The position numbers were made by a program, and so were the translations under genes. A DNA stretch of 58,109 nt, counting the filler, from Perkinsus olseni (Eukaryota): NCBI GenBank assembly GCA_013115125.1. It is 2 parts of 2 records of this genome, joined end to end, with 100 filler letters (N's around TTAATTAATTAA, not from the genome) between each part and the next. Parts side by side here need not be neighbours in the genome. Positions count along the whole stretch, not along the records: positions 29,106 to 58,109 come from JABANN010000436.1; 1 more part is not named here. One strand, given 5' to 3'. Every line of letters starts with the position of its first letter. Within the stretch, counting starts at the first letter, position 1. The notes under the pieces are model-generated. The model did no database searches. It was not told the DNA's origin and saw only the letters and a program-made list of their open reading frames with translations. Shown here piece by piece: positions 35,564-50,100 of the stretch.

Positions 35564-37366
35564 CTAAATTGCATTGGAGGCTTCGCTCTCTCTTGGGGAC
35601 GAACGCGGCTCCTCTATGATGACTCCATCGGCTGCCTTGGCTGAGGCACAGAGGGCTCGTCAGCATCGCGACCTACAACCAACCGAGATTCCAACCGAGA
35701 TACTCATGCCCAGTCTCTTGCTCATCTCACTCGTAGTTCTCTCTCCTGCAGTGTCTGCTACAGGGAGCGGCGCTCCCGGTGCTGAGCCTTCTTCGATCGA
35801 CGGCAGTCCTTGAGACTGTGTCACCGCCGGAGTACCCAACTGGGAGGAGTCCAAATGCTGCTGAGGCGTTGACCCTGAGCCCTGGCGATCAACCGCGCGG
35901 CTCTCCAGATGATGGAGCTGATCCGGGCCCACGACTTGGGCGAAGTAGTTGTCGGAGCTCATATCAGAGGCCTCTCTGTCCAGCCGACTGGCCGACACCG
36001 CGCTAGTCGTGCGGCGCTTCGAAGGCTCCTGGCGTCCCACAATTGCGACCAGCTTAACAGGCTGTCGACAGAGGTAGCAATTGCCCGTGCTGGAGATGAT
36101 ATCCTGACAGGCGTTATGTGTCTCAGAGCAGCTGTCCAGCCACTCACCTTAGCACATCCCTCGCAAAGTCCTCCGTGACCACAGGGCAACAGCACCACCC
36201 TGGCCTCGTCATCAAAGCATATTTCACAGAGGTTGTCCTCGGGTATCTAATACGAGCGCGAAACAGACATCAGACACGAGCCTTCCGAACCCGAGAGCAA
36301 TGCAGCCTCCAGGTTTGTAGCGTCGAGGCAAGACTCCCTGAGAGGCAACTGACGGCGCAACACAGTTATCAACCTCGAGCACTACACGACAGACTCAGTG
36401 ATACCAGTCTGATTATATAGCCGCTAGCGGTAACACAGGAACCATACAGCAATCTTAACGCGCCCTCAGCGGCTCTATGCCCGTATACTACTTGCACCTG
36501 CCCAGCGTCCACCGCTCTGGTAAATCCCCTGTGAATGTTGATCGTTGGTCGCTGAGCGTCGTCATCAAGACCTTGCGAGCCGCTTTCAATGTCTTCCTCT
36601 ATGGCATCATCGTTAGGACTACTACCGAAGACCCGAGTCTTCATACGGTAAAAATGGGAGCTGACGCGATGGAGCGTCATAACCTGAACCCAGTCAAGAC
36701 AGACGTAAAACAAGGGCAGCCCTGTAGCCGGAATGGACACCCGAAGGGGCCTCAGCGCGAGAGCTGCTAGCCTCAGTGTGGACCTCACCCTCTTAGGAGC
36801 ACTGTTCATGTCATTTAGACGCTCTTCGCGTTCCTCCTCCAGGACGATACTCTGTCGGCGACGCCCTTCCCTTATGCAACTGAGAGTAGCGAAAGTAACG
36901 GTATGGCGAAGGCCTCCGGCCGTATACGCCGGACTCTCTATTCACATAGCATCATTTCCGATCAACCACTGTAGTACCCAGCTCAAGCGTAGAGAGGTGA
37001 GCGCTCGCCTCGTAAAAAAGTTGAGTGTTCTCAACTCATCCCGTACTCTCGACACCTTACTTCCGACACATGAAGGTATCAGCAGGTATAGTAGAAGGGA
37101 CTCGAAACCGCCTACCACAACCACCGCAACGGCAGATGTGCGTGCCAACATCAGATGGCATGCGCTTAGCAAAGACTAAGCATATGACCAGGGATAGGGC
37201 GAGGACGAAGGCCAATACACCTGATAGACCGGGCATCGGCTGCCTCGCCGCGACCGTCCGCTCTACTACTACTACCCACTAGGATCCAGCTCGCTATTGG
37301 TACTGCACCGTAGTGCAGTTGCCTCCTCCCGACTGTTGTTGCCCGTATTGGGGGGTTATACAGCAT
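35564..37366 (-). CDS. Transmembrane RING-HC E3 ligase, copy 1 (spliced)
   Basis: Hydrophobic N-terminal exons; RING CEICFDDEARVVLLPCGHGGLCEGCAK|...CYLCRQPV. Confidence 0.8.
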
Positions 37367-37983
37367 TTATAAACACAGTTAACAATAGTTAAACATGTTG
37401 ATACCACACCAGCCCCAACTCCTACCCATTGCCTACTGAGAATGCCATGACTTCCACCACTCCTCCGCTGCACAACGCAACCCCATCAAGTATGCAATAG
37501 TAACTAAGCCAACCCCTGCTTATTGTCTTCTAGTTAAGAAGACAAATGGAGTAATAACAGAAACCTTGTTGGCCATCCATAGCTACTACTGCTACCTTCA
37601 AAAAGGGAGGGGGCTTTACCATATGATGATGAACGACATAACATCAAACAGTGCTCGAAGCCAAAGCCCTGCCCGATACTTGCATCATCAACATCACAGG
37701 GACAGGTTGAGAATTACAAAGGGGCAAGCAGCCCAGAGCTCCGAGTAGCCCTGGTGGGAATTAGCGAAAAAGTAATGAACTTACAAAACGGGATGGCGGT
37801 ACTACTGAGAATGGTAATGATAGGGTCGGTCAGCATATTCAACCACCCCAGTTGTCTCGGTGAGAATGAGATGATAATAGTCGAAAATATACAATACGCC
37901 GGAGCAGCAGCAATGGTAGCAACCATGGTGTTTCACTAACTACACTACTTATAGTTCATCGCAGCTCGTAGTAGCAGTAGTAA

Positions 37984-38495
37984 TCACACCCTAGTCACAT
38001 CCTGACCGCCATTCGGTGCAGTCCCTTGGCCTGTTGTCACTGCTCTTGGCGGCGGCATATTCATCTCAGGCGGGTATATAGGACTCTCTTCCCTAGCCGA
38101 CTGCTGTTGCTGCTGCTGCTGCTGCTGCTGCTGTGCGTTACTGTGGCTCACAGCGTTTCCCAGTGGTGCTAGAGTTGACGACGGCTCTCCCACTACCCCA
38201 GTCTCAGCAGCACCTACAATAGAGTTCCCACTACAGTCGAGCGCAGCGTCCCACTGCCCTACTACCTGTCGGCAACGTCGGTGGCTTAGGCATGGAAGGT
38301 CGATCCAACTCACCGGTCGCAGCGGTCACAGCACGTGTTCCAGCGGGTGCGGCCAGGTCGACTGCCTGGTCATCTAGACCAGGCGAGCTTGCCGCTACTG
38401 TACTCATGAGTCGTTGTGGTGGCGCTCCTCCGTCGGCTGTGAGCTGAGACACTTCATGGGCTATAGCAGGGGTACCCATAGAGGGGTTCTCTCCA

Positions 38496-38527
<32 letters not shown>

Positions 38528-40180
38528 AGCTGCCAGTGGAATCCGAGTCGTCGATTCCGATGCTTCAGATGGATTTACTCCCAGCCTAGCAGCCTGGAGC
38601 TCAGCACGACGGCTCTCCAGATGATGGAGCTGGTCCGGACCAACCACCTCAGCTAGGTAGTTGTCAGCGCTCATTCCCGAAGCCTGTCGGCTCACAGCAC
38701 TAGTCGTGCTAGTTGTACGAGGTAAAGCTTTACGGCCTAACTTGGCGATAAGCTTCACTGGTTGTCGGCAAATGTAGCATTCGCTAGAAGCTATTATCAA
38801 GTCCTGAAGAAGATCGCATCTCCGATTCTACTGCAAACCGCGGAATGCGCCCCGACAGAGAATACTTCCTTCGTGATCGCTGGTTTGAGAATCCGCTTAT
38901 ATGCTAGCTTTGAAACTTCCCAAAACTGCAGTAATTCCGTCCTGATAAAATTCTCATCACGGTCCCTTGCTCATCGTGCAGTGCTACATATAACCACTAC
39001 ACCGAGCCGCAGTGCGAGCCCCGTCCGCCTCCGGCCATCAAAACCGGGTATTTACAGTCCATTACGAATTGCTATACATCTTCGGTCACAGAACCTCCCC
39101 ACAGTAGTACCTTGGCACAGCCTTCGCAAAGGCCTCCATGCCCACAGGGTAACAATACCACTCGGGCCTCGGCGTCGAAACAGATTTTACAAAGTTCGCT
39201 CTCAGGTACCTAACGACGACGGTCCAATCGGCGTTCCTCCCCAGCATACTACCTCTACTTGACCGGCATCCACCGCTTTGGTAAACCCTCGACGAATACT
39301 CATAGTCGGCCGACTGTTGCTCCGAGTGTTGAGCTCAGTAGTGTCAGATAGACTATCCGACGACGACTCGCCGCCGAACACTTTCGATTTCATACGGTAG
39401 AAATGTGAGCTCACACGATGAAGCGTCATGACCTGCACACCACAGTTAGGGCCACAGGGAAGGGCGACGGGCACCCACCTTCTTAGGAGCGTTATTAAGT
39501 GAATCCAAGCGCTTCTCCCTTTCCTCGGCCTCCACTACACTAGCTCGTCTACGGCCTTCTCGAATGCATCTATCAGTGAGCCAATTGTGAGCTGCTTTCT
39601 TTCCTCCCAGCGCTACTACTACTACCGTCGACACATGTAGGTGTCAGCTTGGATGTTGGCCGACACTCTGAATCGACGACGGCATCCACCACACCGGCAG
39701 ATCTGCGTCCCCACGTCGGCAGGCATGCGTTTGGCGTATAATGCGCATCCTATGAGGGCCAATACCAGCAATACCCCAAGTACTCCTGAAAACGACCAAC
39801 ATAGGGCGAGGACCGATGCAAGAGCGGTGCACGATACAGCAGCTGTGTCTAGTTTCGAGACGCTGAGGACGCATGTCTGAGGGAATTCCTCTACTACGGC
39901 CCCTTCATAGCACCTACGACGACCCATCCCGTGACTTCCGAGCTCTGATTGAGGCGACGCGGTCCAAGTAATTCCGAGGCACGGAGGTGATGATGATGAT
40001 GACCCGGCAACGAATTGGGGTCCATTCTTATAACAGAGATAACTCAATAACAAGGAGGAAATACTGCGATCCTCCACCGGACGCAATGAGTACTGGACAT
40101 ACCCACGACTATCCACCCGCCAACAGGGACATTGTTGTTCGTCTGCAAGCGACGGAAGGGTATCCCACCACTGGTATCAT
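37984..40180 (-). CDS. Transmembrane RING-HC E3 ligase, copy 2 (spliced)
   Basis: Paralogous exons (VMTLHRVSSHFYRMK...VDAGQV); RING CKICFDAEARVVLLPCGHGGLCEGCAK|...CYICRQPV; CAG/GCA tracts encode poly-Ala and poly-Gln. Confidence 0.82.
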
Positions 40181-40931
40181 GGCTCGAGAATGGTATGCCG
40201 GCTTCTAATCGGGCTAGCTGCGCGGAGAACCGCATAGCGCTGGCAACTAGCGTACAAACTGCGTAGTTCAGTCACATATCAAATGGCTCATGCCCAGTTC
40301 TCGAAGTCCCTTTCGCCCTGCGACAGTGAGCGATGCTAGTGCTATGTCACCCACGTCACCAGCCGATGATGATTTGCGTATGATTTTAGGGCGAGCGCTA
40401 AAATCCCTTAGGGGTCCCGGTCCCGGTCCCGCGACCAGAGAAGTGGCAGCAGGGAAACAAGGTGAGGCGGCGGTGGAGGAAAGTGGATGGGTGTGGAAGG
40501 GGCTGGTGAGTGTTGCGAGTCGACAGCATCGAACGTGACGTAAAAACTGGGATATTGGAATCAAAATGATGACAGGATTGAAGGTTACACATATCCTTCG
40601 GGGCGCCCTGATCCGAACATTGAAATGGTGCATGACTCACGGCAACCCAACCGCACGGCTCAGGTAGGCTGCACTAGATGCTATGCACAGCACGATTGTC
40701 AGTCGATGTATCGAATTATAGTTGTGCTCTAAAGTAGCCCTCGGCGCTAGTCCTCAACCCGCCATTCCCGATTGCAACTCCCTTCATGCATCGTGTTGCC
40801 ACGATGGTATACTCGCCACTTTCTCGCAACAAAGGACGCCGCCGGTTGTCGTGCCGGTACTAGACTTGTGGTCTTCGGTCTTCTCTTCGAGACACCAGCC
40901 GCATCCGCATTCAACGGCATATTCCCTCCGA

Positions 40932-42572
40932 ATGTCCTCCCTAGACACCGTCCTTGCAATCATCCATAAGCGGCTGTCGGGTGTTTCCGCAGCCGTCGTT
41001 CCCTTCGGAAGTCGCGTCATATTCCCCGGCCATCAAGGCGGTGACGTTGACATCGTCGTCATCCTAGCCGGGAAGGAAAACGATGTACGAGCCCGGCAGC
41101 TTGTACCATGGCACTTGGTTTCGACACGTCTCGCCCAACAGAAAAAATATGCGTTGAGGTGTAGATTATCCCACGCGGGAAAATACCCGAGGAGATGCAA
41201 AGGGTTCGGAGGGCATTGGTCGAGCCCGACTTGGATAACGACGACGCGTCCGTACTCGAGATCAAGAAGTCCTTGCCTAATGCTCGGATACCCCTGTTGA
41301 AGGTGCACTGACAATGGCAGATTCCACCGGCATTGTTATAACGTCGGTACCAACAGGTCACCCATGTGCCAAGCCAAACTCCGATTGACCTCGTCATCCA
41401 CCTCGGACACCCCATAGTGTCCTCATGGTTCTCGAGGGACATCGTTCAAGCATCAGGGTAAGTGCAACGGTCTGATGCGAGTGCAGCGTTCCAGTTTAGC
41501 CTGGGCAAGGAGCTCATAGAGCTGGTACGCAACTGGGCTGCCTCGAAGAACATCACGCGAGCGGACGCTGGAATGCTTCCAAAGTAAGAAAGCCCCTTGG
41601 AGGCACACCAGCGGCATGAGTCGCGTTTTTACCGTAGTTTTCGGTGAAAATTAGGTACGGCTACTCGTTGCTGGTTGTCGCCTTCCTGCAGAAGAAAGGC
41701 CTCTTGCCTGCCAATCTGTTTCCCACTGCAGAGGAAGATGCCGTTTCCAAGGCGAAGAGGCCCAGGCTGTTGGCTACTGGCCTAGACCCAACCACGGTAC
41801 AGCGCGTGGTTCCTCAGTATTCACGCAAGACTACTTTCACTTCAACACGTTAACTCGAGTTTCGCCAGGGAAACATTCGTCACTCTCATAGTTAAATTTT
41901 TAGTTCTGTCGCTGCCGTTCGGAGATTGCCCCCTTACGAGCCTTTTGAAGTTACACCCGCTCGCAACGGGGATTTTGATGGTTGCCTGTACTCCGTGTTC
42001 CGAATCTGTCGGCAAAGCATTTGGCCATTCTCTCATTTCCTCAGTATTATACCGAGGGCGAACTCATACGGTTTGTTGCCCTCGAAGAACCAGCGAGGCT
42101 TTTGCCGTGGAGTCCAGTGCTCGATGCCTGGCAGCAGTCGAACGCCATCCGAAGCAAAGATTCGGAAGTTGACGAACTCTTCCAACAGGTACGTCGAGAA
42201 AATGGCTCATTCGCTCTCCAGTTAGCAGCACCATCGCCACTTGTTTCAGTTTCTTGTGGATCTCGAAGGCAAACTTTCGTCTGAAGATTCCAAGCCAGTT
42301 ACATTCCGCGAGAAGCGGGTTGCGGTATTGGACGAGTTCAAAAACACCTCCGACCATCTGTTCGTCTTGCGAGACCCCATAACCAGTCGGAATGTGAGAA
42401 GCCTTCACGTCTTTTGGTCGCCGTCAAAGCTTGCGGGCCTCAGGTTGCCTGCGTGCTCACTCCCACCACCAAGGTCGCAATACTAAGCGAAATAGCGCGA
42501 GCAAGACATGCGCTGTCCACGGGGAGTGCCATCAGTGACTTGCTTTCTATGAAGCCCTTGATGAATTTATGA
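40932..42572 (+). CDS. Cid1/Trf4-family non-canonical poly(A)/poly(U) polymerase (spliced)
   Basis: VVPFGSR...GGDVDIVV (GS-x-DxD), PIDLVI, LVRNWAASKNI...GMLPKYGYSLLVVAFLQ, and the PAP-associated LFVLRDP...NV. Confidence 0.8.
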
Positions 42573-42667
42573 AACGTGGGCTTGAGTGTTAATCACTTTC
42601 TTCTGCTATCGGCGCTTTCTGTGTTGAAAGTACGGCGAGACTTGGAAAGACGAAACACTGAGAATCT

Positions 42668-44100
42668 TCAAGGCGACTTCAAGTCCATGGATTCGTGGCG
42701 AACAAGAACTTCCTCTTCCACCATTAAAGTATCAGGGTCGTCATCATAGTGCTTCACGTATGTCCCATCAGGAAATCTGTTGTATCGCTCTCGGCTTACA
42801 ACTATTTCCTTCACTCTGGTGTACTCAGTGATGACCGGCTTCTCATCGACCGTCAACGAGCCCGAGTCAGGGGCGATGGACACCTCGCTGTCTGCTGTTG
42901 ATGATGAGGGCCCGGAGGCTCTTCGCTGGGACTCATTTTTCCTGGTTTGCTCTTCGATCCACTTAACAAGACAGCGAGGTGGTTGTGCACCAACATTGAG
43001 GGATATAGCTCGTGCTGCACCGAGGAGATCAGCTACTGGGTACCTGCCTAGTAAAATCAGCGCTTATGGTCGACCAGAGACCTCACGGCAGAAAACATCG
43101 GAAACGGCAAAGCTGAGTTCGTAATGCGAGACTGGCTTATGTAATCCTCATCAAGAGAAGAGAGGGAAGGCACTCATCAACTCACATTTCAATTTCGTCT
43201 ACTGGAATTTCTGCTGGACCTAGTATGAATTGCTTCCCATCATTAACAACTAGAATCATCTGCCCCTTAGTCGTCACCGACAGGCCCACGGTGTCGCCCG
43301 CCTTCAATGTACTGGGATTCCACCTGTGCAATCTCTCAGTGAGATGAGACGTCCGGTGTGTCCTACGCAAAATCACTCTCGGTTTCACTGCTGATTGATC
43401 TGCCATCGTAGCCCATTGACCATGACCAATCCAAGTCAGCAATTGTGTACGGTATACCTTCTGCCAGTACGTCCTCAGGAGTTGCCTGCCGTGTGAAGCT
43501 CGATACCACTCCAGACGAAGATCGGGGACAGGCCTCACCGTTGTGACCCCCAGCGTAAGGCCATCAGCCCACTCGCCCTCTCGCTCCTGCCTTTCGAGGA
43601 GTTCGACTTCAAAGTACCAGCCAATGAAGCGGAAGTGCTCTACCGGGGCATCGCCGATGACCATGCCCAGAGTGATTTCCTCCTTCTCCGAGCCCACGTC
43701 GCGCCTGTACTTGGCAACAATTCCATTATCAGTCAGCTTCACGTATTCCGAGTGGACTCCTCTCGCCCAGCCAGCCGGGGGTCGGACCTTTTCCTCTCTA
43801 TGAGCATCATTGAGCACGGATGCCAAAGCACCACTAGACTGGCCCTTTTGGGAGTCGAAAGAACCCCCAAAGTCCAGGCTATGGTCACCTGACGCCAGCG
43901 TGATGATAGGCCCTATGGCAGCGCCCTCACCGGTCTGCATCTCCTCGATTCTGCCGACTATGTAGTCGACGTCCCTGGTGAGGATATCGTCCCTGTCTCG
44001 GGTATCCCAGGCAGCAGCAGCCGCGTTGGCCTCCGATACTTGAATGAGATTCATGTGATCTTCATCCGCGAACACATCCAGCTCTCGCTGTTCTCTCTGC
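42668..44100 (-). CDS. SPRY/Neuralized-like beta-sandwich exons, probably the 3' end of the CEP76-like gene
   Basis: VHSEYVKLT...GMVIGDAPV...WYFEVELL...EWADGLTLGVTT...LKAGDTVGLSVTTKGQMILVVN. Confidence 0.65.
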
Positions 44101-47100
44101 CGCCGTGCGAGGACCTCGAGAGGTGATGGAAGAAATGCTGCACAACCCCTCCCAGAGAGTCCACGGCAGCCGCGTCTGTGGCTTTACTTCTTGTATTTGC
44201 AGCTCGGTGAGGCTGTGTATCATGGCAACACACACGTAGAGAGCTACTAGTCTGTTGGGCATACGGTCGATGTGCACGGCTACAGTAAACTGGGTACCAG
44301 CCTCGCGGCAATTCAGGAAGCCACATCTGGCTACGACCTGAGGACAGGAAGTCATGGCAGTATCTTCGCTCATTAGGGTTGAAAATAGCGGAGCGAAGTT
44401 GGAAAACTTACACCATCACCAACATCCTTCGCAGACGTGTAGTTGAAGAACATAGGCAGGCAAACCAGATTCATTCCTTCCGGTACCTGACTAGCTTCTC
44501 ATCCCACGACAGCCCCTTAGCGCCTCGCTCGAATAGGAAGGTAGGACCGTCCCAGCCTGGGACTCCCAGGATGACCAACCTTGCTGTAGAGGAGCCGGCG
44601 CCAATCAGCTATCCTTTCCCCCGCTATTGGTTGGTCGTTCTCGGCCGCTACCTCGTACTCGAACATGAGCTGCAGGCCCTTCTGGAGATAACTGGTGAGC
44701 ATCTGACGATTCTCCCAATAACCATCAAGAACACCCCCTTCTTCCGTGTCGAACGATCCTCAGGACCGCAGTAAAAGGTCTCTCACAGTGTCTTTCTGCC
44801 ACACCACTGTACAGGATTGGTTCTGTCTGTAGGCCTCTATAGCCTCATGAACATGACCATACACTTCTCGCATGTTGTCCTCCATCCTGTACAGCAAATA
44901 TACACGCCAACCTGCGTGTCTCTCCAGTTACCACTGATCGCTCCTAGGCATTCTGTTCGCGGAGGAGCTGAAGAAAGGTTGCATCTCCGACACCGTCGTT
45001 GAGAACGGATGCCAGTAGTTGTTGTTCCACAGGTCGTAGTAAACTCTGGTCGGCTCTGGATTCTGCAGATTGGCCCAAACATTTGACTTATTGAAGACAA
45101 CCTCGATCGTCCTGTACGGCATCAAGGGATGCTCGCTGAACAAAGCGGGCTTCCAAGTTCCATCCTTCCAGTGTAGGTTCTCTCTGGTGATCTTCGCGTC
45201 GGCCTCCTCGAAGTCAGGACCGGAACAGTCCCAACATATGAGAATGTCGGTGCAGTTGACGCCAAGGCGAGCCGCCGTTGCCTCCTTGCCCCGGAGTGGT
45301 CTTCCATTATTGGTATCGGGGTAAGCCTGGTGGCACAAGAAGCCCAGCATGAGGGCACGTGGGTAGGAGCCACAGATGGTGCAGGGCAGTGAGGGTGGCA
45401 GGTTAGAGTGCAGCCGCAGAGGGTGCCTGGACAAATGGAGGGGATCCTAAACCTGCCGCCTCGTCTTCGATAGGGCTTCCTTTTATCATTCATACCCTAA
45501 CGAGTCTGAACACTCGGTTCCATACCGTATCGACAGTATCGACATAGGAAAACCAAAAATTTTTTTTCTCATTCTTATATCGCCCAAAAAGTATCGATTA
45601 TACATAATCTCGATTTATATTTTCTATCCACAGCGTGCTCGGAAGTTAGGAACCCGAACGAGATTGTGTGCTCAGCTTGGGATCTACGAATCTGCTACCC
45701 ACTGATGATGTTGCGAGTTGAGGAGCAGGAGTTCATCAGGGGCCGCATCGAGTGTGGCATCCAACAGCTTCTGCTCTGGGTTACGATCATCGTCCTCGAT
45801 GCTAGACCGGATGCTCCCGAAAGAGCTGTCGTGAGCTGACGCCTACAGCAGACGCTGGGAATAACCGGGATAGACACAGGACGCTCACATCATCGGCCAT
45901 AGTAACCAGCATCGAGGCGTCTATCGACAGGGAGCTGGCGGCGGCCTGGGAAGCCCGCAGTAACGCAGCCGTGCTCCGCCGTCGCTCCTCCTTCAAACTG
46001 TCGATCTGGGCCCGTCGGCGTTGTCTCAATAATTTCTGAGAAGAGCCAACCTGGGCGGCTCGCCATCACTGCGGCCATCACTGACTTGATAGAGGAGCCG
46101 CTTCCTCCTGACCACCTCCGCCTCCCTCGCCTCCTGAGGGGCAAGCCGGCCGGGAGGCCTCTTGTTCATCACTACGCGCTTGCAGCGATATGCATCAGCG
46201 AAGCGGCCCGGCAGGGTGTACCTTACTGGGATACCATCAATCACCGGAGGGAGAAAAGAAGAAGAGGACAGCCCTCATGAGCAGCCAGTTGTCAATCTTC
46301 GACGACACGAGAAAAGCCTCGTCGTCGTCCCGGCTCACCGTCGGGCAATAGTGGCATCCCAGAACGTAACAGAGCCGTCAAATTCCATGGTCATAACCCA
46401 GTAAGCTGGCTGACGGTCCCAGGTGGTACCAATACAGACGAATGCAGCCTCGCCAACCTGACTTGACGCGTCCGAACGATCGCCTGTTTTGGAACCCAAC
46501 ACCTTCTGCTTGCCCTCATCGTCGTCATCAGTGGCTAGAAGAGCGTCCGCGTCGTCTTCCTGCACCAACAGCGCATGAGTTCAGGCCCTCAGCCCTCGGC
46601 AGTTGTCTACGCTTTCAATCTTAGGATGCTTCGTGTTGGCCAATTCGTACTTCCGGGCAGTGACCCCTAGCAAGAGGCTGCAGTGCAGCAGGGCTCGAGC
46701 CAGGGAGTCTCCTTTCTGTAGGGACATTGTGAAATCTGAGAGACCCTTTTCTAGCTCACAGCTCAGCTCGCTATATCGAAGATTCCGTAAGACCTCACCC
46801 GGTGCCAGCGCCAATGGCTCGAACATGGGCATGACATCAACATAAGGGAAGCAGCGGACCCAGAAGTAGACAGCGTTGCGGTTGTCCACTTCTGACGGTG
46901 GCTTCATCACGTCCAGGAAGGCCGGGAGGTAGTGGAGTCGTCTGGCAGCGTTAGATGGCGAGCAACACCAGGGCCTGACCAGACCGGTACCCTCGCTGTC
47001 CCTTTAGTTGATAGATGAACTGTCGGCCATCAGCTTCGCTCAAAGAAGACGTTCGACTGCTCCACTCCGCCGCTCTGAGCGACCACTCAGCGATGAGCTT

Positions 47101-50100
47101 TGGCGGGAAGTAGTCGGACGAAGGCTCAGGAGAATCGATAACGCGATAGTCCTCAGGGAAGTCGAACGGCTTCAGCCAGGCTTCCACATAGATATTAGAA
47201 ATCTGATGATTGGTCACCCACCAGAAAATTAAGCAGGCTCACACTGTTCTTATTAGTAGTCTCATCCGCTTCATCCACCGGCGGCATCCACAGGCATTGG
47301 AGACGACGTTTGAGGTGGAGGACCTAGGCGAAGCTCTCGACTAGCTTGGCTTAGCTGGCCCCACTTTTGTCTGGTAGTCGGTGGCGACACCACTACGAAC
47401 GGAATAGTAGGTCTGGGTCTCGGGTTTGCCTGCAGAAAGAGTGGTCGAATACACTCCGGTGCTGTCCGATACCGTCGTTGAAAATCTCGCTAAGCTCCAT
47501 CTTAGCCCATCCACAGTGGTCTGTCCCTCCCACCCCTGACCCCTCACTGGCGTCCAACCACACGTCGAACATCACCGGTCCCTGCAAGGACACTACCAGC
47601 GGCCACGCTGTCGATGGAAGACCTTCGCTAGGATCTCCTTGGCGTCGAGAGCTGCGGTGTTGGCAACTCTTATTTCGAAGTAGAAGTCCTGCTTGAACTC
47701 TGGCCGCAGCTCATCTTGGACGACGTCCGTAGAATACGACATACCGTCGAAGGTCACCTACACAGCGAGGGCGAGCACGGTTCGACCATCCGGCTCGGGA
47801 CGCAAGGCGGGAGGCTGATATCAAGGATCGGTACCTGGACGTAGGTGTCCATCTCACTGAGGGGCCGCTGTTGCGAAGTGAGAATCTTGTCCACCTTAAT
47901 CACCCTCACCAGAAGGTACGCCTGAGCTGACGAGCTAGCAATGAGCAGATCCATCACCCACTGGCCTTGGATTCGCTCATGTCACAGAGCTCTCCAGTCT
48001 GTCTGTAGTGAGGTCTGTGATCAACACCAATCTTCCCATCCAGTCTGCCGAAACCGGACTGCAGCATTCGCCCTATCGCCTCCTTAGCGTCCTGTTGAGT
48101 GCCTGTTAACCACGACTTTGCCGAGGCTGTTCTCATATCGACGACAGGCCGACCTTTCGTCGCGAGTTTGGTGAGCTCTTTCGCGAACCAAGGCGGGGGA
48201 GCGCAAACCGCGGAGACTCTGCCGTACTCATGCACGCCACGCAAGGAGATCAGGGCTTCGGCAACTGGCTGAAATAGCGAGCCTTTTCGAGTCCAGAAAC
48301 AGAATTCAACGGGAACAGAGTGAGGGTTCGTCGACAGCGCGGACGGTCTGAAGATCTACTAGCGTTGCTCACAGTGTTCCGGTGGAGGCCGTGCTTCTTC
48401 GACCGTTGGACCACTTCGATCTTCAAGGTCTCGCTGTCAGCGTCCGCCAGTGTTCCGCGGTAGTACAGCTTGCCGATGTTCGACCACCGAATTCTACACA
48501 AGGTTCTCATACGCCGCCGACGCTGCAGCGGCAGCTGACTTCTCTCCTACACGGCGGATTCCTTCCTAATGTAGTCGCTCCGAATGCTCATTGAGAAGAA
48601 ACTCTTCCATTGGCCGAGCAGGCTGCGTTTGATCGAAGCTCGGAAGCCGACACGGGCTGAGGCGCTCTTTGAGCTGCTGCCCGTTGCCTCGTTATTATCC
48701 AGTGCGTTCGAAAGGGAAGCCGAATCGGGTCCAAAGGAAGCGCCGCCACCAAAGGTCTGAAACCAACATAAGCTCGAAGGTATCAAGCGCGGCAGTGGCT
48801 GAGGAACAGAGGCGAGTCTACGGATGAGCACCTTCCTGGATCCTCGCAGTCTCGTAAGAGCAGCGTCGAGACCTGTATATGAGTACTCGAAGCATAGCAG
48901 GAGGATCGGTAAGAGGAGGGCACCTTCATCCTTGGACTGTTCGACTTGGCCTCCATCATCACTGGAGTCCTCACTGCCACTCTCCATGAAGATGTCCTCC
49001 TCGTGTTGTAGTTCAGCTGCGCCAGCAGCTGCTTCTCCCTCTGTAGCTTCATACCCACCTGAGGCCAAGCACTAGTTGTACATAGGGCGAGCATAGGACG
49101 GTTTCGACTCGGAACTCTCGGACTGTGGCGCCTTTAGGCCAAGCATGCGGGCAACCGACGGGTCAGAGCAGGGCCTTTCGATGCCCTGCCCGGCCAGTAA
49201 CCACCATCAGCAACCGTAGTCCGGAGGGGAATGAGAGTCTCATTCCCCTCTCATGATGAGACACAGCGGTGGCCCTCACCCTTAGCTGCCTTCACCCTGG
49301 CTACGAGCTCCTCGACAGTTGGCAAGTCCCTGAGCGTCCAGTCGAGGAGATGCAGCTCGAAGTCGTAAACCTCTTGGAAGTACAGCTGAAATTCAACACG
49401 GTATCTGCTCAGCAAAAACCCCTCGAGGGAGCGGTCTCGAAGCAGGCGATTCACGATGCTGAGAAGAGTTGATTGACTTCGAAGAATGGTACAGTACAAA
49501 TACTGCAATGGTGGTACCTCTCAGTAAACTTGCCGCCCTCCGCGCTAACAGCATCGTCGTCCGTATCGAAGGTGCCGAGTATGCAGCTCTGCAGTACCGG
49601 CCCTGTCGCGTATTCGATCAACGGCCGAGAATGCTGAGCATCGATCCGGTTGGCCCTGAGTGGCACACATCACATCCGAAAAGTGTGAGAAGGCCACACT
49701 TGTATTTGCTCCACTGCCAAAGCTCTATTTTCAGATTCTCCCGCTCGAGGTCGAGGTAGCTGCCACGCCATTCGAAAACAAACTCGTTGGGGACTTGAAC
49801 TTTGCTCTTAACGCCATCCACGAACATCTTTGAAATCGCGAAGGCCCCTGTACGGAAGTATTGGGGCTCGTCCCCTACGCACCAGACCGAACCTGAGGGC
49901 GCGGGCTGACAGTTTCGACAGTCCTGAGGCACTGATGCTTCCTGATCCAACATAGAGAACGGTTGCCGATTCCGAATGGCTCTCAACCCAACCCTCGCTG
50001 GGAGGGGCTAGAGGGGCCCATCATGCGGCAGCAGACAGATTTGACTTGGCCTGCTACTTATAGGATGAGGAAGGTCGCAGCATCCTTCAGGACACAGAGG

